Positions 1 to 13,692 of a stretch of DNA of 64,000 nt are shown here, piece after piece (the stretch's first letter is position 1; every line of letters begins with the position of its first letter). The notes beneath the pieces were generated by a model. It was not told the origin of the DNA. It did no database searches and saw only the letters and a list, made by a program, of their open reading frames with translations. Made by a program: the position numbers and the translations under genes. Origin of the DNA: Polymyxa betae A26-41. Taxonomy: Eukaryota > Protista > Endomyxa: Phytomyxea. The stretch is from the NCBI GenBank assembly GCA_003693705.1, contig RBZT01000424.1:52090-116089 (forward strand). Reading direction: 5' to 3'.

Positions 1-252
1 CTCCGTCCTCCAAGCTGTACAACAATTGGTCCATCATCAGGTGATCGTCGCAGATGACGTTGCGGATTGGCGCCGAAAGCCAAACAGCGATCCACAATCA
101 TTTCTGTATATAAAACAGCATTCCGATTTAACATTCTGCATAAGTGCCGAAATGGTGCATTTGTCACCTACTCTCAGGCTTTAAGTCTATTGACTGAGAT
201 GATAACATTATACCTTCATCATTGGAGCTACATGTATAGGAACTGATACCAT
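1..252 (-). CDS. tRNA-dihydrouridine synthase, DusA-like (5' part; runs off the window)
   Basis: Spliced minus-strand reading MVSVPIHVAPMMK/VTNAPFRHLCRMLNRNAVLYTEMIVDRCL...GPIVVQLGG matches the Dus N-terminal motifs APM, LYTEM and QLGG. Confidence 0.85.
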
Positions 253-413
253 ATTGTCGAAGATAGATGATAAAATTGAAACGAAATGATTGGCGTTTTG
301 GGGCTGGGGGGAATGGTAAGACCCCGAGAAGGTTGCGCCATGGTTCAGAATTTCAGTCCGGGAGGCGACTCTATCTTCATTCGTCATCTTCATCTTATAT
401 TCAATCGGCCATC

Positions 414-1449
414 ATGTTTGAAGCTAGGCTGGATAACGGTCTCCCTTTCAAGAAGGTACTCGACACCCTGCAGGGCATTGTCGAGGAGGGAAACTTTGAC
501 TGCTCGTCGACCGCTATTTCTATGCAAGTCGGTTGTCTGGAAGGTGTGTTTTTTACCTACTGATTGTTCTATATAGGCAATGGACACTGCTCATGTCGCC
601 CTCATTTCTTTATTCTTAAAAGCTGAAGGTTTTGATCACTTTCGTTCGGATCGAAATATCTCCCTTGGTTTCAAAGTTGAATCCATGTGCAAAGTCAGCT
701 CTCGCCAGAAGTCCGTCATTGTCGATTTTCTTATTAGATCCTGCAGATCTTCAAATGCATGGATAAAGACGATGGTTTGACCATGCGAGCTGACGACGAG
801 GCTGAATCTGTACACTTTGTTTTCGAAAGCCCTCAAACCGAGCGGCTTTCCGAATTCGAGTTGAAGCTTATGGACATCGATTCCGAGCACTTATCGGTCC
901 CTGAGAAGGATTATGCTGTTGTTGTAAGTGTAATGGCTGTATTCGCTGAAAAGGCCTTAGTGTGTTTACTGTAGATCAACATGCCTGCCGCTGAATTCCA
1001 GCGCATCTGCAGAGACTTAATGGCTTTGGGTGAAACTGTTGCTATTGACGCTTCTAAAGATGGTGTCAAGTTTAAAGTTGAAGGTGGAATCGGTTCTGGG
1101 ACTATCGCTATTCGTGCAAAGTAAGGGCCTTGCCGTTACTGCTAAAAATTTCGTCATTTAACGCTCCGTAGTGCTGTTGTTGACGAAAAGAAAGGCGATG
1201 TACCTACAACGATCGAATGCCAAGACCCGGTTGAGCTTCAGTTTGCAATATCATACCTGAACTCTTTCTCTAAGGTTTCCAATTATTGTTTTACTTGATA
1301 TTTGCTTCAGTTGATTTCTCTGTTAGGCTTCCGTATTGAACAAGAAAGTCAAAATTGCTCTGGCTAACGATGCCCCGATAATGGTCGAATACGAAGTCGA
1401 CGAAATCGGTACCTTGCAGTTTTTCTTGGCTCCTAAGATCCAAGAATAA
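414..1449 (+). CDS. PCNA: Proliferating cell nuclear antigen (multi-exon)
   Basis: MFEARL...GNFDCSSTAISMQ/AMDTAHVAL...FELKLMDIDSEHL...EFQRICRDL...FFLAPKI. Introns are ~50 bp GT-AG (first one 528-576). Confidence 0.97.
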
Positions 1450-1598
1450 ATTTTTGCTTTTTTGCCATTGTTTAAATAAACATAACCCTAAATCTGCTTA
1501 CAACATGTAGATAAAAAATTGTGCAGCAAATTCGAATTGCCTGAATATCGAACTTAGATGTTGCGGTGTGGTGACCCATTTGTCTGACGTCCAGTATC

Positions 1599-4500
1599 AT
1601 GAATGGATGTGAGAATTCTCATGACCTCGGTCGATTACCTGCTCAGGCCTCTCTCATATCGTCAACTCTGAGTATACACAGACCTTCAGAGGCACAATCA
1701 TCTCGATCTCCCTCTAAACCTGACTCGGATTATCCTGTGGTAGTCGAAGCGCTTCGACTCCTCTGCCAAAGAATACTGCAATTGAATTTATCTATCCAGC
1801 GGATTGAAAAAAAGTTCCATTCTCTTCAATCAAACTTGTAGGTCTCATTATCGGCTAGTTACCAGCGATTTAATCCAATTGCAGTGAAGATAATCCTGGA
1901 CATTTGTAATACCGAAATTTGTTGAAGGAATCACTTCAAAGTAATAAACCTTTATTATATTAATATTTCATGATCATAATAAATTGACAATTTTTTTTGA
2001 AATCATAGGCGAAGTTTTGAATGATTGTTATCATTACTCCTTGTTTGAATAATATATTGGGTACGGAAGTCATCTAACATTGTGTCAAAGCTACATCGGC
2101 GTTTTGCATGAAGGTTCGGCGCTTGGCTTTAGGCAACCTTCCGCCATGGACCTGGTCCGACTCGTCTTGCAACCATCGGGCCCATCTGGACATTGCTCGC
2201 CGATCCCGCTTTACCAGGCATGGCTTCAGTGGCGGTCTTTACAGGGATACTTACAGGGACTGACGCCAAGCGCCTGGTAGATAATCATTTTCCTTCTGCC
2301 TTCCCTTCCTGATCGATCTCTGTAGGCAATCGCTAGTTCAGACGACACGAGAAGAACTGAAACAAAAGCCAATTTCTGAGTGGCTCCGTAATTGCCTTCA
2401 ATCTATGCTTGGGGCTGACAAAACGTCAATCAGTTGTTCATTTGTACAAGCAGTCGCTCAAGATCTGGACTCTCTTTATGCCGTATGCATATTAAACTTC
2501 CGTTTTTCAAAGTGGATAAACGCTGTGCTAGATATGCCAAATTGCTGCTGTGACTCTTCCTGAAACAATTGGCGTCTCGTTCTGCAAAAACCAGCTGCGA
2601 TCATTGCTATTAGGACGTTGGTCGAAGTCATTCGAAAACCCTTCTGATTCGCAACATGCCGTCATGCAAGTTATCACCAACATTGTTGGTGCTGATGAGG
2701 TCATTTTAGCTGTCCATTCCATCATCGTCTCTGGAAAGGAATTCGCGGTCCCTGCATTATTGGCTGTTTTCCATTCAGAGCCATTTCGGTCCGATTTTAT
2801 TGGTTTGTGGCTTTTTATCAGTTATCGTTTGATCGATTTTCGTATTTTGTGACCATCGCTGCTTCTAGAAATCTTTAATCGTCAAACTTCTGCAAGATTT
2901 TAGCTGAAAACCGGTTAGATAGAATGAAGTCAACTTTGACGACCTGGTTCAACAGTGCCATTGAACATAATGATATAATGCAAATAATTGGTATTGGTCA
3001 GGGGCTGATAACACGATGGAATAACATTACTTTCAGGCACGATGCGGGTGGCTCAAACGCTCTCATTCGCTCTTAAGAACACACAGTCGGGATATTCTCG
3101 ATTTCAGTATTCTCTTTGGATACAGAAACTGGTCGTTAACAATTGAACCTCCTGTAGCATATCGTGCGGAACCTAACCATCATTTTTATTGGTAGGTTCT
3201 GGATCTATTCGCGCTTAAATCAATCGCATCGGAACGTCAGCTGCGTTTAATTTTAAAGGCCATGATTAAGTGTGTAAAATAGGCATACTGAATCTTTGCC
3301 TTTCTAAAGATTTTGCTGCAGGTCGAAACCGTCAGACTGGAGCGACACAATCAAAGCTCATCAGGCTACAATCGCTCGTTTGAGCTGCCATCACGATCTT
3401 TGCTCGGCCTATATTGCCGGCGGTTCGCCCGCTCTTCCAATGGCCGAAATCGTCGCTTGCAATTGTCTCAGGCATATTGCTATCGGAATTGATGGTCACG
3501 TCTCTGAAGTACTCATCAAGACCACATTGAATTGTTACTTGAAATCTGTCGTCTTGTCATTGCGAGCCCTTCGCTCTGAGAATGGCACCAACGCGAATCT
3601 GGTAAACGACATCGACCAATATGCATCTGTATTGTCATGTTTGAACTCACCATTTGAATCCATCGTTCTTGACATGACGCATTCTCTGTTTGCTTCCAGC
3701 ATCACAGAATTTGAGCTCGGTGCATTAGCAATGTTAGTTGCATCGGGATTGAGGAAGGATTCGCTCGTTTTCTTGTCTCTCGTTGATAAGATCCCGTTCA
3801 AACATCTCGATAATGTTTTGCTATTCGCTCTACATTTGATCCGGGCGCTCTCGGTTTTTAATTGTCCCGCTGGAAGTGCTGCTGATTCAAGTTCAGTGTT
3901 GAAGCTGTTCGCCAAGCTGTCCTACTTGACGGAAAGACACGATTTTTTCCATGATGGACCTTCTTGTAGAACAGCGACATGTTTATTGATTTCAGAAATG
4001 AAATCGGTGTTGTCGCTCCGGGTTGGTCCAATTGACTTTAATCGCGTTTGCATCACCGATATTCTGGAGCTCGAAGTCGAACAACACGATTCATGTTCAT
4101 CCTGGATCTGTTTCTTCATAAGAAGGCGCTTTGGTCCCGAATCCGTTGCAGACAGAATCGATACGTTTATTGTTAATCGATTGGCGACAGGATCGCAGCT
4201 ACTCTCGGCCTCATTCGCTTCCTTGATTCGAGCAAACTTCGACCTGTTTCCAAAGAAAAATTTGAAAGATTTGTTGCAGAAAGTCAGGTCGAAGTCATCA
4301 ATACCACTACCGAGGCTCCTGCAAATAATTACGGCCTTTGGTGGTGATTTGGATTTGCATTCGGTTGAATGTTTTCTGGTGGAAGCTATCGCGCAATCGT
4401 CAGGTTCGATCACCAAGCTTCACAGCGATGAAATGCGTCAGGTGATTTGGCTTTACAAAACGTATTCCATGACGGAGCCAAAAGACGCCCAGCTACAGGC

Positions 4501-5230
4501 GTTGTTTTATGCCGATAGTGATCGCCTGCGGGATTTAGATGAGACCTCGAAGATCATCGCGATTGCATGTTTAACTGTGCTAAATTCGTCAAATACCCAA
4601 GCACTCTTCAGTTCACTGCAATTAGCAAATAATTGTCGATTTGCTGCTCAACTATTTCGTCGGCTCGTCCTGGATGGGCATTTTGATATATGCAAGCTGG
4701 TTTGCCATCATGTTGGCTCCATAGATATCATTGCGAGTGCATTCCCCGATTTACAACCAGATGCAGCATTAACATTAATACGGATCGGGCTAGCATTCCC
4801 AGATACTGTCAACAAAGCGAGCCAGAGTTCTGAACTGTTGCATTGTTTGTTACGACATTACATTTGCTCTGTTCCTCAAGCATTACAAGATTGTTCGAAT
4901 GGGTTACTCTGGGCAAATTCTGCCAGGAACATGATGAAATGTATTCTTGAACGAAGTGATGTCCAAGTTTCGCATGACTTACTTCAACAATTTCAATTGT
5001 TGTGCCCTGGTGTAGAACCAATCAGCAACTCTAAACCATCCCATAATGGTGCTGTCAGATAAATAACATTCTTAAAAACAGAAAATACTGCATGCAGCAT
5101 AGAGTCGGCGCGTGCTCGGAGTTCAATGTCGCGATCTCTGGACATGATTATTGTTGAGGTCTCAGTGCTGGTTTTTGACAATCCACAGCAGACTCAGTTC
5201 CACGACGCTTTTCGCGAATGGAGTCAATGA
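1599..5230 (+). CDS. Large helical/leucine-rich hypothetical protein, weak FANCA-like similarity (multi-exon; stop at 5062 or 5230)
   Basis: Chain of plus-strand exons (1599, 2550, and a 560-codon exon at 3380-5062) with short introns. The FANCA resemblance is by eye only. Confidence 0.55.
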
Positions 5231-5550
5231 TCTACCTCTGACAGCAGCCGAGTAGTTGGAACTATAAAGTTACTGTTATCATAACATGAAAGAACACTAT
5301 AGCGACGATTGATTGTATTTCTATTCTGTTCGAACTAACTGTATTCATAAAATATGATTTTGTATAAGGCCTACCTATACTGTAAGGTGATTATGTATTA
5401 TTATGTGATTTCTAGTGTGTACTGCAGTATATAAGACAGTATGTGTATCATACTCATATAGTATTGATATGTCTATAGACATAGATCCACAAGTCGCTCA
5501 TCAACTTCATCATGTCGTCAGTCCAATAATTGGCCCGCATGTCGCCTGCA

Positions 5551-7108
5551 TTAATCGGTGCTGCTGTAGGAGGAGGTAGGGGACAGACTCGCCGCCCCAA
5601 TTCGATCGGATCTGGATTTGGATGAGACCGAGCTGCTGCTGGCTGGATCGCTGGGTGATAAGCTGGTATTGGCGCTTCGAGAATGGAGATCAGGACCAAG
5701 GGTCGAGTCTGTCAGCATTGAACTGCTTAAAGTTGCTATTTTGCAATTGCCAATGACAGAGTTAATCAATGTCTTAGGTGATGAGAGCTCATGGGCTTGA
5801 AAATGGATGGACACCACGACAGACTTCAAATGCAGAACGAAAGCTACGTCTTCTATTAAGACGAGTTCGTCAGAACAATCCGGGAGCCACCGAACCTAGC
5901 TCCAAAAAGCGACGTAAACGTGCCAGATATTCCTGACCTTTTGTGATGCTGTTATCAATCGATATCTATATTTATTTATTTATCATTAACTACATTTAAT
6001 ATCAAAGACAGAAATATTGGCCTGAGTCTATTTGGGTTTCCATTTCAGTCCCGTTGCTGCTCTAATTATAGATGCGTCTGGACAACGCCAAAGACGTGCT
6101 TGCAGCTGGCCAATGGTTCGTCACTGAGGCTTTCTTGATACTCTCCCCATAGCTGACATGGCAACGGTCAATTCAGAGAACAGCCACGAAAATTTAGCTT
6201 CAACGATTCACTTGACAGTTGGCAATCCACCTTCAAACCCAAATTCCGCTTAATTCATGACCATCACCTGATGCAGATCGGTTCCTCTCTGAACTAAGCA
6301 CCTTCGATCAGTGTCTCCATGGGTCAACAGCTTTCTCTGTTTTGCCATTTATCCATATGTGTGATGTTGTTAGAGGCAGAGATTCATTACTAGAAATCTG
6401 CTTTGCAATTCGAGTCTAGAAGTTGGTTATACCTAACATCTATCGATTTCTAAACCCAATATCCTGCATTTTCTATATTTCCAATCAAATAATCATATTG
6501 ACAACTTATAAGAATCTATTCACATCATGTAGCAGTATTGAACCGCTGTAAACTGCCACGTAGAAACATGAAATCTGCAACCAGATTTCATTGATCAATT
6601 CCAAGTCATGCAATCCAGATTTTTCTAATCCATTACCTATTCAAGCAATTACAATGATATTGTTAATCATGTTGTTTCGTCTTATAGCCTAAAAACATAA
6701 CGTCAGATGGATACGTTTATTAGGACTAAACATGTGGAATAGTAGTTTTAAGCGTTCTGGCAATTGATCTTCAGGTTTATTTTGTATCAGGAAATGACCA
6801 ATTGAACCGAACGGTTGGATTGAAACCAGATGACCTATTGAACATTGATGAGATAGTGGCAGTTTTATTTGATAAATCAGCAACAAAATGCATACACAAT
6901 GATTCAATCTTCAGCATTGATCAGTTTCTGTCCGAGTATTAACATGTATTATCGTGGAAACAATTTCCATGAAATTTGAGATTCCGATGTTTGCATCTCT
7001 GTATAATGCACAACATGCATAATGTGTCAATATCATCAAGTATATCCATAAACCACTACTTGATGATTCATCTGCAATATCACCTGCTGTAGAATGAAGG
7101 CTTATCAC
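5551..7108 (-). CDS. Hypothetical protein (multi-exon, boundaries uncertain)
   Basis: Minus-strand exon-like frames (e.g. VRWLPDCSDELVLIEDVAFVLHLKSVVVSIHF..., Ser-rich tail) separated by intron-sized gaps. No family recognised. Confidence 0.35.
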
Positions 7109-7293
7109 GATCTTGATAGTCTGATCGCTAACAAATGGAGCCGATAGAAACTTGAGGACCTCTATGCTCTAAGATCTGTTAACATAAGAGATATCACACA
7201 CATGTGTTCAGATTCCTATTTAGATCGTATTTAAGCAATATATTTACATTCAATCAATGGTAATACTGTACTTCGACATTATTACTATCTCTA

Positions 7294-8322
7294 TCATTTA
7301 TTTAGAAATTGTTGAATGCTTTCATCATAACCTGTGTACTTGAGAGCTGCCATACTAAGACCGGCGAATGCCATTAATGAGCAGGTAATCCCCAACCCAA
7401 TTGCAATTCGATGTTTTGTGACGATTGATTTCGGCTTAGTCTCATGATCAGGCTCTAATTTCTGAAATAAATCATCCCAGGTTTTAGCCTGACTCGGGTC
7501 ACCGCTTATTTCAAATGTGCATCGTCGAGTCTGATCTAAACGTTCAATGGTCTCGACAATAACATCTGTCAATGATGCTATAGGGATGAGAGGGTATCCT
7601 CTTAGTCTTAATAGAGGAGCTCGACCTTGATGGAATGAGATATCGCTAACAGATCGATGCATTGATGTCATGGTGCATTGAACGTTATGAGGTCGAATAA
7701 CAGTATAATCGAGACCCGATCCTTAATTGCAATCAATCAGATATGGCATTATACCTGTTAAACAGCTTTATACCTTTAATAAGACATTCTCCATTTGCCT
7801 TCCAATAATACATGTAATTCTGTGTCAAATTACCAAACATTGTTGCAATCCTAAACGGCCTTCCAACTGGATTGATACAAATCAGAACAAGATCGTGGTA
7901 TATCAACATACTGGACCTGCTGGAGGCTCGATCATCACGATCCTCTGTAATGTTGAAGAGTTTTTTGCTGCATCGCAAAGCTGCTGAATCGCCAGGTAAT
8001 CGACCGATTTTGACGAATCCGGTGACGAAGAGAACAAATCGATAAAACGCCAACGAGATCGTGGTCCTACACACCAGACGACGATATCAATTCCATCCAT
8101 GGCCATGTGAATATCTTCAGATGATAATTGCTTGGTTAAATAGAGTTTAATACGACCTGATTCGATGGCATCACCAAACATAGCATGAGCACGATCTTGA
8201 TCACGAACAAGTATAGATGTAAGATAATCAGTATTAGTTAATATCTGTTGAGTTAAACATGATCCAATAGTCCCTGTAGCTCCTACTATCAAGATAGCTC
8301 TCTGTTCCTTCAATTTCGTCAT
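7294..8322 (-). CDS. NAD(P)-binding Rossmann-fold protein (NmrA/atypical SDR-like) with C-terminal hydrophobic anchor
   Basis: ILIVGATGTIG glycine-rich motif, ILVRD, MDGIDIVVWCVG, VDY, IIRPH; C-terminal RIAIGLGITCSLMAFAGLSMAALKY. Confidence 0.8.
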
Positions 8323-8879
8323 AATTCAATTTGAGAATATCTTGAGATTACAGGCCGTTCATATATGAAGTCGGAGGATTCCGATTCACAAGATTTGATA
8401 TTCATCGGAGATCAAAATTCATATTAGTTTTGTATTGATGGAATATCTCTTGGTCATAATAACGTCTAATACACCAGATACATTAATAACCTGTTCCTGC
8501 CTATATTAACATGATGTTATTTGCAATAATATTACCTCATATATACTCGGGATGTGTTTGTTTGAGACCACATGAAGCTATAGATGCAGCTGATGCCAAC
8601 CATGCAGGTCTATCTGATCTATTCGTGCAGCAGATCACGAGATGAGCCGTGATAGAGCAACCGCCCCTGGAACTTGATTAAAGGATTCCATTGGCATAGA
8701 TACTGGTTGTGTCTATGCAGGACCATCTCTCGTTATCACCATATACATAGATCATAATATTCATGATCATCAACTTTACTGCAGTTTCATATTCTGCAAA
8801 TGTCTCGGCATATTGTCAGCACAACTCAATGTGACTCTGTTAGTTAAACAAGTGATTATTCATTGAACGTATGGCTGAG

Positions 8880-9389
8880 ATTTTGGTCATGCTCATATAT
8901 GGGATGTTGCTCCCCTGCCTGATCCGGCAATCGCACATCATCACGCCACACTTCACCTGCAAGACAATGAGCTGCGAATCAAGAGGGTGCTCCCGGTAGT
9001 TTGCATCCTCTGCCTGCGTCGGTCAACGATCTCCACGCAATCACAGAAGACCTGTGTAGACCCAGATATCCTGCCTAATTTCCATCATCACTAAATGCAC
9101 ATCACCAGTATCCTGCACGTCGATTTTCTGTCCAGCTCGCAGGCAGATAACCCAGGGCGTAACTTGTCATCCACCTCGCGTTCACGGCGACCTCATACGT
9201 GAACCAGGAGCCGCGTCTTTAGCAGGAGACAATCCTGCATCAGTATACGCCCTGGATCCAAGCACGGATCCAGAATTTGGTAAGCGAGGAGCGCCAGAAG
9301 ATGATCCCGTCCAACGCCGAACTCTTAGCAGAATGCCACGACTTTCTGATGATTGTGAACTGAAGTCAGTGCAATCATTTTATGAATGA
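8880..9389 (+). CDS. Possible gene fragment (FHA-like segment plus a terminal exon)
   Basis: Open frames FGHAHIWDVAPLPDPAIAHHHATLHLQDNELRIK and HPPRVHGDLIREPG...QSFYE* (stop 9389). No clean start or full splice model found. Confidence 0.25.
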
Positions 9390-9510
9390 CGCTCCTTGTA
9401 CTGATCTGCAATAGAGGATACCTTTCGTCTTCAAGACAGGTTTGCAAAGACACACACCAGTGTTCAAGCTGCTCATTTTCTTAAATAATAAAATACTGAC
9501 AGATCTTTTA

Positions 9511-10872
9511 TTATGAATTAAGATATGTTCGATCTAATAGCAGATCTATAGGAAGTGATCTAAGAATATTCTCTGCATTATCAATACCTTGATCTCGAAG
9601 ATTATGCTCTAATTCTTCTATTGAACATATCTTGAATGCAATAGAATCAGACAGCCTTGGATCAATACAATGTTGCCAACTAGAAATCTTCATTCGATGA
9701 ACTTCATACCAGAATTTCCACCATAATCTATTCATCAAAAAGGTAATGATTAAATCACATAGAGATATGAATACATTAAATACTAACATTTGATGATCTT
9801 GATAGGATGTGAATATCTTCATGATCTTCATTAACTCTTGAATTGATTGTCTATTATTACTTGATCTTGTAAATATATGATCATATAATGGACATGTATG
9901 TCTATAATCATACAGGAACTTGTATAATTCATCAATAGTGAGATGAATGTGATTATAGATCTCTGTATGAACTACAATATTGAATATATAAGTAATATGT
10001 AGATATATGATAATATGAACTAACATGATAATGGAAGTGATTGAATACTCATCTGATAATGTTCATATGCATCATGATGTAATCGTGATAGAGCATTATC
10101 AATATGAGATCCAATTACAGCACGTGTACGTCCATGGTTTAGAAGACAATGTAGTTCAGCGAGGGATCCCTCCTGATCTACATCTAGTTCAATGATATCG
10201 CTGCAGGTACTGAACTGTATCCGGACTATGAATGGGAATGGATCAACCTAGAATAAGGATATATCTAGGGTTTAGGGTTTGACTTCAGGTCTATCTAACC
10301 TGTATATGAGCTGGCTCATATAATATTCCATCACATAGACAGAATCTATGCTTATCACAATGACGCCATTCTAGTTCAGTACCATCCAAGATCATCATAC
10401 AATCTCTGACCAGGGAATCGTACTGATTTGGGCCGATCTCGGCTCGAATCGCGATCGCCTTTGCAAATCGATCGAGTCCAATACTGTGTTCGATTCGTTT
10501 GTTATCACAATGTCGGTCCCATAATAGTCGATGCATTGGATTTTTGATTAAACAAATCTGTTGTGGATCTAGAATAATATCATCATGATCATGATCATTG
10601 ATATCATCATTGATAGTATAATCTATCTTATATATAGTCCGATCTGGAGATTCGAATTCACTTCTTAAGAATGCATCCCAGGATTCCTGCCAGAATTGCT
10701 TTATCCATTGATCTCGATGTATGGATACCTGATTATCTAATAGTCGTTTGAGGACAGATGAGAATCCTGCCATCTGGTCATGATCTGATATACATGATCT
10801 GAACATATTCAATGGGTAATGACGTGATAGTTTACAGATCTTGATCGGGATCATGGGCTCAACATCAAACAT
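9511..10872 (-). CDS. Hypothetical protein (multi-exon)
   Basis: 193-aa and 171-aa minus-strand ORFs linked by intron-sized gaps. No family recognised. Confidence 0.55.
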
Positions 10873-11024
10873 TTCAAACTAAACGATTTGGTCGGTAACA
10901 ACGTGTCAATACATCCATCATTATATTATATATTGAGTCAATAATTCATTAGAATTGTAGTATATATTTATGTAGGCTTGATGAAGATATTATGGTGGCG
11001 GATGTCATTATCGTGTTTAATTTG

Positions 11025-13490
11025 ATGTCAACATTATCAGGACCTCACAGGATTCAGGTCGGGGTTCGGATCCGTCCTTTAACACCAGCAGAACTAGCTC
11101 AGGGTCAATCCTGTAGTTGGGCAGTTCGAGGACAGACAATCCAGCAGATTGTTGATCAAGACATCAGACCATCATCGTCATCTTTGAAGAAGCGCGCCGA
11201 ATTCAAATTTCAATATGTATTTGGACCTGAGACTAGTACAGATCAGGTATTTAATGAATTAGTTGCTCCAATTGTACAAGATGGTCTATCTGGTATTAAT
11301 GGTGCTATATGTTGTTATGGACAAACATCAGCTGTATGTATAGAACACATTCATATCACATTTCACTTTGGCGCTCTTTTCACCGAATTCGAAGCGTTCT
11401 CTTCTTTTAAAAAATATCTTGGTTTTAGTACAACACGATGAAGATTTCCTCTGAGATAAGATATTGATTATGCCTCACTGTTATTTTCAATAATTAATTT
11501 GGCTGTGTGGAGAGCTCTAGTTTCTTTTGATGTTTCTAATAATGTATGACATGAAATATGTTCTTGTTTCAGTCTATGAATTGCTGATATAATTAATATA
11601 CTATGTTTAGGGTAAAACATACACATGCCAAGGGACAGATGAACATCCAGGTATTATTCGTCTGGCATTGAGATTATTATTCGCTTCAATCCAACAAGTA
11701 TAATGTCATTGATGATTATGTTGGATCTGAGCATTATTATATAGGATAATACACGACGATATCAATTACGATGTTCATATATAGAGATCTATAATGAACA
11801 TGTATTTGATCTTCTGTCTGATGTTGAAGAGAATCTTGTCGTTCAGGAAGATAAAGAGGTTTGCATTCTTTCAAACCGGATAGTTCTTGTTCATAACGCT
11901 TCCATTCTTCAAGTTTGATTCAATTTGATGAAGTCATTGACAGAAATGTTTCAGAAAGTGACGATTAAAGGCCTGATCGAAGAAACAGTGACAAATGAAT
12001 CCAGAGCATTAGAACTTATTACAATGGGATTATCAAAGAGAAAGGTAGCTCAGACTATTATGAATGAGCACAGCTCAAGGTCACATTTCATATTTCGTGT
12101 CTCAATTGATATTGACGTCCCAGAAGGTATTTGAGAGATATCGTATCAATAATCAATACTGAGTGGAAATCAGGACAAGGAGAGGGACCTCTAAATCGAT
12201 TGACATCGCAGCTGAATTTTGTTGATCTCGCTGGATCTGGTGAGAGATGTGAATTTAAGTGAGATCTGATCTTTAACTGAATATCCATCAGAACGTATCT
12301 CAAGATCTGCGGTCAACGGTGTCAATTTCAAAGAAGGAACATCAATTAATAAGTCGTTATTATCACTTGGTACAGTAATATCATCATTAAGTAGAGGACT
12401 CAGGTATTGTATTTATTTATTACGACAATGTTAACCAATCATTCATTATGAGATACATAACGGCTTCTCACTTTTACTCTTTCGTCTGTTGTTTCCCAAC
12501 TTTCAATAATATCGTGATCACCTTCTGACCTGCTCTGCCTTATAGTCATGCTCCATTTCGAGATAGTCGTCTGACACTCATCTTAAAGGTATGTTTGTCA
12601 GGGCATGTTTTGCTTACTAAATGACCAAATAGAACTGCCTTGGTGGTAATTCCAGAACTGCATTTATTCAATGTATAACACCAGCTCGATCATGTATTGA
12701 AGAATCTATTTCCACATTTCGTCTTGCATATCGTATCAGCAATGTCACAACTAATGTTCAGGTTTATGATCCATCAATAATGATTGAGATATTCTCATTG
12801 ATATCATGTTATGTTATAGATTAATGAAATGATATCAGACCCGGGTTCTGCTGATACTTTTCGAGAACGTTATCAAAAACTCCAAGCTGATCATCAGCAG
12901 ATGGTTCACGCTAGCGACGATCTACGTCGTCAGAACCGTCTTCTGCAAATCCAGGTATGAGTTCATGTACTTTTTCGTGATGGATTTTTCTTAATATATT
13001 TTCCAGTTACATCAATATAAAACATTGTATATGAGAACACAAGAGAAAAGTAGTGATGAAATAGCTTCTAAACAAGCTGATAAACAAGTTAATGAAGTTA
13101 TGAGCTGCTATTAGTGTATATCTTATAATGATGATTTTAGGAGACAGAACAGAGATTACAGCAAATGAATGATGAGATAGATTCATTACGGAATCAGATA
13201 GAAGATCTTCATAGATCCAGATCTACTTTAGAGACGAGGTCAGAAATATCGGTCTGGTTTGTTTCGAATATTGATTTATTATGAGTAGGAATCAAGATTT
13301 AGAGCAGCGATTAGAATGGGCACAGACTGAGATTGATGATCTACGTGAATCAGCTCGATTATTAGATGATCTTCTATTACCAGAGACATCATGTTCTCGA
13401 TTAGATCAATATCCAGATCTGGGTGCTCTTGAAGCTGATTTATATTCAGCATTAAGAACAGTAATCTCGTATAGATCTCAACTTCAATAA
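11025..13490 (+). CDS. Kinesin motor protein, kinesin-7/CENP-E-like, with short coiled-coil tail
   Basis: VGVRIRPL; P-loop YGQTSA/GKT split by an intron; YIEIYNE; MNEHSSRSH; LNFVDLAGS; INKSL; PFRDSRLTLIL; LGGNSRTA. Confidence 0.92.
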
Positions 13491-13692
13491 TGCACAGATC
13501 ATGTCTAACATATTCATATCATCGTTATGTTTCTATTCAATGTACAAATAATCCTGCTTGCAAATACAATTTTAAAAACTTCAAAAATGTGATGTTTTGT
13601 TGCTGGCTCTTGTATAGCTATCTGGAATTCTAGTTTTACATATGGTTCCTCGTCACACAGATGATACAAGACAATAAGCGACATATACAACA

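Noticed and set aside
3535-4416. Minus-strand ORFs of 126 and 164 aa
   Set aside because: They lie antisense to the 560-codon exon and show no recognisable motifs.
10266-10280. TAGGGTTTAGGGTTT telomere-like motif (single copies also near 1484, 44401 and 44424)
   Set aside because: At most two units; insufficient for an interstitial telomere or a regulatory call.
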